A stretch of 32,000 nucleotides of DNA from Flavobacteriaceae bacterium (GTDB lineage: Bacteria > Bacteroidota > Bacteroidia > Flavobacteriales > Flavobacteriaceae), in the NCBI GenBank assembly GCA_965224465.1, contig OZ245049.1:990001-1022000 (forward strand), in the 5' to 3' direction. Shown piece after piece: positions 27,006 through 32,000 of this stretch (position 1 is the stretch's first letter; each line of letters starts with the position of its first letter). The translations under genes were made by a program, and so were the position numbers. The notes under the pieces were generated by a model. The model saw nothing but the letters and a program-made list of their open reading frames with translations, made no database searches and had not been told where the DNA came from.

Positions 27006-27983
27006 TTATTCTTTAGCGTATAAGTCTATTTTGTATTTGAGGTGTCCACTTTTATCATACTTATATAACCAAATCCCAGATGTTCCATCCTTTTCATTAA
27101 CCATATCGTATTTGATTTTTAACCCTTTTTTATTATAGGTAGTTTTGTAGGAGTAAACAAGTTTTTTCTTCTTAATTTTTTGGTGTAACACTTCTTGCCC
27201 TTGGTTGTTATACCTGTATTTATTTATTACTTTTTCATTTTTCTCATAAACATTTTCCTCAATATCTAACAATCCCCTTTTGTAATTTTTAGTGCTTTGA
27301 TTCCTTCTTGATTTATAAGTACATTTTAATATTTGCGTATTTAAATATTCATAGTTAGTTTCAACAGTATCTCTATATCTTTTATCAATTGATAGTTTCT
27401 TTATAATATTTCCACTTTTATTATAAAAATAATTAGTTACGAGAAATTTTCTTGTACGTTTTTTCCCTTTATAGGTTCTCTTTGTAACCTCTGACCGTTT
27501 TATGATTTTACCTGAGGTATTTCTACTTGTACGAAAAAAAGTACTATCTACCTGATTATCCCCTATGGTTTGTATAGTGATTTTAACACTGTCAGAGGGA
27601 TATAAATAGCTATACTCTATCAATTGTGGATGTTTGTAAGAAGGGATTTCAGAATATTGGTATTGAGAAATAAGAGTATCATTGCTCTGATAATAATATC
27701 CTGATTCATATTCAAAAACTAGTTTTCCATCTTTATTCTCATAGGTAGTTTCTTTGTATGAATTATAAGGTGATAAATAGGTGTAAAATGTTACTTGCCC
27801 CAAACGATGCTTATTTGATTCTAATCTAAAGATTTTTTTTATTGTATTCTTACGAAGTTTTTGATAATTAATAAAGGGTTGGTGTTTGCTATTATTAGCC
27901 TCTTTTTTTGATGTCGATTTACCAGTTCCACAACTAGCAAATAAAAAAGACAGTAATAATATGGTGATAGTAATTTTTCTCAT
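27006..27983 (-). CDS. Lipoprotein with degenerate YD/RHS-like repeats
   Basis: Signal peptide plus lipobox MRKITITILLLSFLFASCG. Reiterated Y-x-Y-[DN]-x-x-G-x-[LIV] units: YENKDGKLVFEY, YFYNKSGNIIKK, YRYNNQGQEVLH, TTYNKKGLKIKY and YKYDKSGHLKYK. Confidence 0.65.
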   Translation of the reverse strand: MRKITITILLLSFLFASCGTGKSTSKKEANNSKHQPFINYQKLRKNTIKKIFRLESNKHRLGQVTFYTYLSPYNSYKETTYENKDGKLVFEYESGYYYQSNDTLISQYQYSEIPSYKHPQLIEYSYLYPSDSVKITIQTIGDNQVDSTFFRTSRNTSGKIIKRSEVTKRTYKGKKRTRKFLVTNYFYNKSGNIIKKLSIDKRYRDTVETNYEYLNTQILKCTYKSRRNQSTKNYKRGLLDIEENVYEKNEKVINKYRYNNQGQEVLHQKIKKKKLVYSYKTTYNKKGLKIKYDMVNEKDGTSGIWLYKYDKSGHLKYKIDLYAKE

Positions 27984-28074
27984 TTATAGTTCACTTTAAT
28001 GTGCGGATTTTTTGCTTGCAGGTAACGGCATGAAATCGAGTAGGCAAAGGGAGTTTCACCCTAAGCCTCTCACA

Positions 28075-28108
28075 GAACCGTGCTTGAAAGTCTCCCCTCA
28101 CACGGCTC
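28075..28108 (-). ncRNA. Group II intron domain V (complete copy)
   Basis: The minus strand reads GAGCCGUGUGAGGGGAGACUUUCAAGCACGGUUC. It has a 9-bp lower stem with the AGC triad, a 2-nt AA bulge, a 5-bp upper stem and a GAGA tetraloop. Confidence 0.85.
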
Positions 28109-28127
28109 TTGTTGTACAAATCTAGTT

Positions 28128-29390
28128 CTAACTGTAGATAAATCCAAATTGCCAATGGTAAAACAAGTATCGATATTGTTCTTGTACTCGTTGCAACCAT
28201 TTACACGCTCGATTTATACTCGTTTTGTAACGTTTATACCGTTTTCTGCCCCATCTTATCAATCGCTGATTAAGTAATCGGAAAACTTTGTGTAGCATCG
28301 AAATCCTATACTTGCCATAGTAATTTATCCAACCTCGAATCAGCGGATTCAATTCTTGGGCAATCCCTACGATGCTTTTATAGGTCATCTTCTCTACTTT
28401 CAATTCTCCTAACTTATCGGCTATTGCCTTGCGTGAACGTATACTTATAGCACAATCGTAGCCTAAAAACATGCCTTTTCGTTTCTTCGAAACGGTGGTG
28501 CGTGGTTGGAAAGAATATCCCAAGAAATCAAACTTTACTTCTCGGTATTTTTCCCGCCTGCGATAGTCTCGACAGTAAATGATTTTCGTTTTTATTGGAT
28601 GTAACTCCAAGTCAACTTCTTTCATTCGCTCTCTGATTGCTTTTAGCATCTGTTCTGCATGGTATTGACTTCTACAATGTACAATTACATCATCAGCATA
28701 TCTGCTGTATTTGATTGTAGTATCTGACTTTTCTATCCATTTATCAAAGGCATAATGTAGAAACAAGTTTGCAAGTAAAGGACTTATTACTCCTCCTTGC
28801 GGCGTTCCTTTGCCTTCTTTTTGGATGATTTTTCCAGATTTTGTTTCGACAGAACATACTAGCCATCGATGGATGTACAACTTTATCCAATTTTCAGAAA
28901 CATGTTGTTCTACGGCTAACATCAGTTTTTCATGACTTATATTATCGAAAAACCCTTTAATATCCATATCGATTACCCAATCAGTTTTCCAACAGTTTGT
29001 CCGTACTGATTCCAATGCCTGATGGGCATTCTTACACGGACGATACCCGTAAGAATTCGAACTGAATATACGCTCTAATCTAGGCTCGATGTAGTCTTTT
29101 ATTGCCATTTGACCTATTCGGTCAGCTATTGTCGGGATACCCAATGTTCTGACATTTCCATCTTTCTTAGGTATCTCAACTTCCTTAACCGATGGAGGAA
29201 AATAGCTCCCTGATGCCATCCGATTCCATAGTTTGTACAGATGTTTACTCCGGTTGGTATCGAAATCGTCCATACACACCCCATCTACTCCTGCACTCCC
29301 TTTGTTGGCTCGTACTTTCTTATAAGCTTCCCATATCATGGATCTGCTTATTGGTATTGATTTTGTCTCATTCCACAAATTCATCCTCAA
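28128..29390 (-). CDS. ltrA: Group II intron-encoded reverse transcriptase/maturase (no endonuclease domain)
   Basis: RT motifs RTLGIPTIADRIGQMAIK, IDMDIKGFFDNISH, GTPQGGVISPLLANLFL and YADDVIVH (YADD at 28689-28700), plus FLGY. The X/maturase region is RGWINYYGK. The ORF ends about 20 nt before domain V and has no HNH motif. Confidence 0.95.
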   Translation of the reverse strand: MRMNLWNETKSIPISRSMIWEAYKKVRANKGSAGVDGVCMDDFDTNRSKHLYKLWNRMASGSYFPPSVKEVEIPKKDGNVRTLGIPTIADRIGQMAIKDYIEPRLERIFSSNSYGYRPCKNAHQALESVRTNCWKTDWVIDMDIKGFFDNISHEKLMLAVEQHVSENWIKLYIHRWLVCSVETKSGKIIQKEGKGTPQGGVISPLLANLFLHYAFDKWIEKSDTTIKYSRYADDVIVHCRSQYHAEQMLKAIRERMKEVDLELHPIKTKIIYCRDYRRREKYREVKFDFLGYSFQPRTTVSKKRKGMFLGYDCAISIRSRKAIADKLGELKVEKMTYKSIVGIAQELNPLIRGWINYYGKYRISMLHKVFRLLNQRLIRWGRKRYKRYKTSINRACKWLQRVQEQYRYLFYHWQFGFIYS

Positions 29391-30005
29391 TATTTTTTTT
29401 TCTGAGTTGGTTCATTAAATAAAACGGTATAACTTACCTCCTTTGCTCCAGCTCCATTACAGAACCTTCATCACTACTACGAGGTAATCTGCCACTGTAT
29501 ATAACATTGGTGTTCTGCCTCTAAATTGATTTTATCGTACATTTCCCTTCGCATTTATATACAGCTTCCCAAGTTCCATAATTAAGCCTAAATAAAGTTC
29601 TTGCCATCTGAATGACGTTAGCCTTACAGTAAATAAATAGGTTATTTCTGTAATCATTCCCATTTATAGAAATGCTTTTCACTCCGTATCCGCCAACGCG
29701 CCATCTGGCTCTTTCACTAAATATGTCCTCTGGACATATTATGTACGTTCTGCCCTGTAGCTTTTGACTAAATGTACCCACTTCTCGACACCTCTTCAAT
29801 GGTTCACTTACGTTCAACTCCTTTATTCATACCTGCCAACCTCTTGGGTTGGATTCTCCTAAACGCTCAGTACCATAACTATTAATTACAGCACCTTTAG
29901 GTGGTTTAGAGCCATCGCCTATACAACGACTCTGATGGACCTACCATCATCTTAATTACAGCATTCAGTCAGTTTATTGCCGTGACTGATTCTTGGCACA
30001 CTAAG

Positions 30006-30101
30006 AATAGTAGCGGATTTCAAGGTACGAACCTTTCAATTTATCACTAAACTTTATTCAAAGATACTCACTTTTAATTTAGCAAAAAAACCGCTATTAT
30101 T
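30006..30101 (-). other. Long-range stem closing the RT gene 3' UTR, immediately 5' of the intron insertion site
   Basis: On the minus-strand RNA, AAUAAUAGCGG (30101-30091) pairs with CCGCUACUAUU (30016-30006) at 10 of 11 positions. The stem encloses 74 nt containing smaller hairpins (CUAAA/UUUAG, AAGGU-UCGU-ACCUU). The intron 5' splice site lies 5 nt after the 3' arm. Confidence 0.35.
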
Positions 30102-30112
30102 TTTATACATTG

Positions 30113-31918
30113 TTAGTCATTCGCCTTATTTTTATTCCGTTCTAATACTTGATAATAGTAACTAAAAGGTTTGTCATAAAATATGATTTGTTTTTTTCTT
30201 TCTATGTCGTCTTCATCATCATCTTCCTTTTCTTTTTCAAGATTTTTGACAGACTTTAACAAGTCGTAATATAATTTACTACGATTCCTATCTAACTGTT
30301 TAATTTGTAATATTGAATCTTTATTTAGACTTAATTCCTTAAAACCATTTTTCCAACACATATCTGTTGAAACTTCTTCAAAATTGTTTAACCCAATTCT
30401 TCCAACTGACATTCCAATTAATCTATTTATTGCAGATTCAATAACATATCCTTTGAATTTTCTTTGTCCAAGTTCGATTGCTTTTTCAATTTCATTTACT
30501 ATCTTTTTCTGCTTTTTAAGTTCTTTTTCTAATGAATTTTTTCTAACACGAATGTTTCCTTTATGATGAATTTCATATCCAACAAAACTAATCCAAGGAA
30601 AGCCATTATTATGGATTGAATCCCATTTATATGCTCCTTTTGATTTAGTGTGCCAAAATGGTTTAATTGTAAATTCGGTTTTACTTATCTTCTCTGTTAA
30701 TTCATATACAAACTTATGTGGAACTAATTTCAACTCTTTTAAACAGTTTTTGTAAATGTTTTTTGCTTTTTCACATATTTTTTTATCCTTATGTATTATT
30801 AGCATATCATCACAAAATCGAATATAAAAGACTTCTGTTTTTAACAATTCTTTATCAGCCTCATTTAGTACAATGTTTGCAATTAATCCCGATAAAGCAC
30901 CACCTTGTGGCACTCCAATTCTTTCTTCCTCAATGTTTGAATAGTATTTTAATTCTATTAATCGATTCTTAATCCAACCAAACTCGCCATTTGGTATTTT
31001 ATAACTATCCCAATATTTAGTATTATTTGATAATGGAATATTTATATTAAAAGCATAACAGTTTAAATATTCATTAAAAATATGTTTCACAATTTTGAAA
31101 TCAAAATCTGGATTATCTTCTTTTGATTTATCTATTAAATTGTTAAATAGTTTTTTTACGATTTTATGATTAACTGAATCGTAAAATTTTTCCATATCAC
31201 ATTCAACAACAAACAATGGTTCATAGTTGTTTTTCTTTTGTAATTCAATAACGTTTTTTATACAATCGTGATGTGAAATCGTAGATGTTCCTTCCTTATT
31301 TTTTTTTGAACGAAAAGCGTATGAAGAATCTTGAAAATATCCATCAAATAAATTAGTTAGAAATTTATTTGATATACTTAAAATAATTCTTTCTTTCAAT
31401 GAAAACATTGAAATAGGGCGACATTTATTAGTTTCAGTTTTAGAAATTAATTCCTCCTTTAGTTTTGGGAAAACAAGAGGCCTTTTTATATTAAAATCAT
31501 CATTTTCAATTGCTGATTGAATATTTTTTACAAACTTATCAAGTTCTATAAGCCAATTTACTTTAGGGTCTTTTTTTCGATAAAGTTTTATTGTTTTTAA
31601 TATTGAATAAAAATTTTTATCATTTGAAGTTAATTTTTCAGTTCCATCTCTATTCATTCTTGATTTGCAACCAAGTTTTACCCATTTTTTTCGTGGTGGA
31701 AGAATTTTACTTAATTGATTGTTTAACTCAAATTGATATTTTGAAAATTCATTTTCATCAACTATTTTTTGTTCTTTGAGATGGTAATTATATTTATCAG
31801 AATCAGTTAAAAGATGAATTAGGTGTTTTTTATTTCGAGTTTTAGCAATTTTAACACGTAATTTACAAATGTGAGTTACAATTGCTCTTTCTGTAAAATA
31901 TGTAGAAAATTCTTTCAT
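30113..31918 (-). CDS. Stand-alone (non-intron) reverse transcriptase of about 601 aa with a long N-terminal extension; family unassigned
   Basis: RT motifs RPISMFSLKERIILS (1), FVVECDMEKFYDSVNH (A), IGVPQGGALSGLIANIVLNEADKEL (B), YIRFCDDMLIIH (C; FCDD codons at 30806-30817), LKLVPHK (D) and FVGYEI (E). About 170 aa precede motif 1 and about 85 aa are inserted between A and B. The C-terminal region of about 150 aa has an acidic tail, EKEKEDDDEDD. I chose the start at MKEFSTYF (ATG 31916-31918). The reading frame stays open to the window edge (31999), so the start could lie further upstream. Confidence 0.85.
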   Translation of the reverse strand: MKEFSTYFTERAIVTHICKLRVKIAKTRNKKHLIHLLTDSDKYNYHLKEQKIVDENEFSKYQFELNNQLSKILPPRKKWVKLGCKSRMNRDGTEKLTSNDKNFYSILKTIKLYRKKDPKVNWLIELDKFVKNIQSAIENDDFNIKRPLVFPKLKEELISKTETNKCRPISMFSLKERIILSISNKFLTNLFDGYFQDSSYAFRSKKNKEGTSTISHHDCIKNVIELQKKNNYEPLFVVECDMEKFYDSVNHKIVKKLFNNLIDKSKEDNPDFDFKIVKHIFNEYLNCYAFNINIPLSNNTKYWDSYKIPNGEFGWIKNRLIELKYYSNIEEERIGVPQGGALSGLIANIVLNEADKELLKTEVFYIRFCDDMLIIHKDKKICEKAKNIYKNCLKELKLVPHKFVYELTEKISKTEFTIKPFWHTKSKGAYKWDSIHNNGFPWISFVGYEIHHKGNIRVRKNSLEKELKKQKKIVNEIEKAIELGQRKFKGYVIESAINRLIGMSVGRIGLNNFEEVSTDMCWKNGFKELSLNKDSILQIKQLDRNRSKLYYDLLKSVKNLEKEKEDDDEDDIERKKQIIFYDKPFSYYYQVLERNKNKAND

Positions 31919-32000
31919 AATATAAAATAAGAAAAAGGGTTCCTGTAAAGTGCTTACGCACATATTGACAAAGATACTGACATATAAATGTCGAGCCATT

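Larger units (their letters stand above)
28035..30001 (-). mobile_element. Complete compact group II intron (about 1967 nt) with En-minus RT/maturase ORF
   Basis: The 5' end on the minus strand is GUGUG (30001-29997). The ribozyme region 29391-30001 is ORF-free. The RT/maturase ORF lies in domain IV. Domain V is at 28075-28108. Domain VI (GAG-AGGC..GCCU-A-CUC-GAU) has a bulged A 7 nt from the proposed 3' end (..CGAU, 28035). Confidence 0.85.

Noticed and set aside
27991-28277. ORFs 27991-28200 (-) and 28080-28277 (+), and the analogous 25735-25917 (+)
   Set aside because: They span intron domains V/VI and the 3' end of the maturase ORF. They recur only because the intron sequence is repeated.
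29521-29817. 98-aa minus-strand ORF upstream of the intron RT
   Set aside because: It lies within the ribozyme domains I-III of the group II intron, which are expected to be non-coding. It has no recognisable motif.
31919-31999. N-terminal 27 codons of the RT ORF as given by the track (MARHLYVSIFVNMCVSTLQEPFFLFYI)
   Set aside because: It is hydrophobic and low-complexity and reaches the window edge without a stop. The MKEFSTYF start is more plausible, but the true start cannot be settled without upstream sequence.

Overview
This is an AT-rich window that looks like a Bacteroidota (Flavobacteriia-type) chromosome. The evidence is TAnnTTTG-type -7 promoter boxes, many SpII lipoproteins, and 2TM / LytS-like kinase / LytTR clusters.

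Bases 1-18.6 kb are ordinary core genome. They carry a TolC-family 3' end, a DEAD-box helicase, phnA, ppdK, a DUF2520 protein, a KdsC-type phosphatase, pcm, a Gfo/Idh/MocA oxidoreductase, a 3-hydroxybutyryl-CoA dehydrogenase and rpsA. A minus-strand cluster follows: ABC ATPase, ABC-2 permease, a LytS-like histidine kinase with a fused 2TM domain, a 2TM relic, a 2TM protein and a LytTR response regulator.

Bases 18.6-32 kb are an accessory, mobile-element-rich island:
- an orphan secreted protein
- an intact IS66-family element with an 8-bp target-site duplication
- a 1.75-kb ORF-poor stretch with gene relics
- lipoprotein and beta-barrel genes
- an internally deleted IS21-family element
- a 5'-truncated group II intron fragment
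- a complete compact group II intron with its RT/maturase
- at the window edge, a roughly 600-aa stand-alone reverse transcriptase that sits in no ribozyme context. This is the best candidate for an undescribed (defence-type?) system. Its upstream region is cut off by the window.

A MITE-like dispersed repeat of about 115-175 bp with imperfect terminal inverted repeats occurs five times in intergenic spacers. I found no rRNA, tRNA or CRISPR array. All calls come from reading the sequence by eye; no database search was possible.
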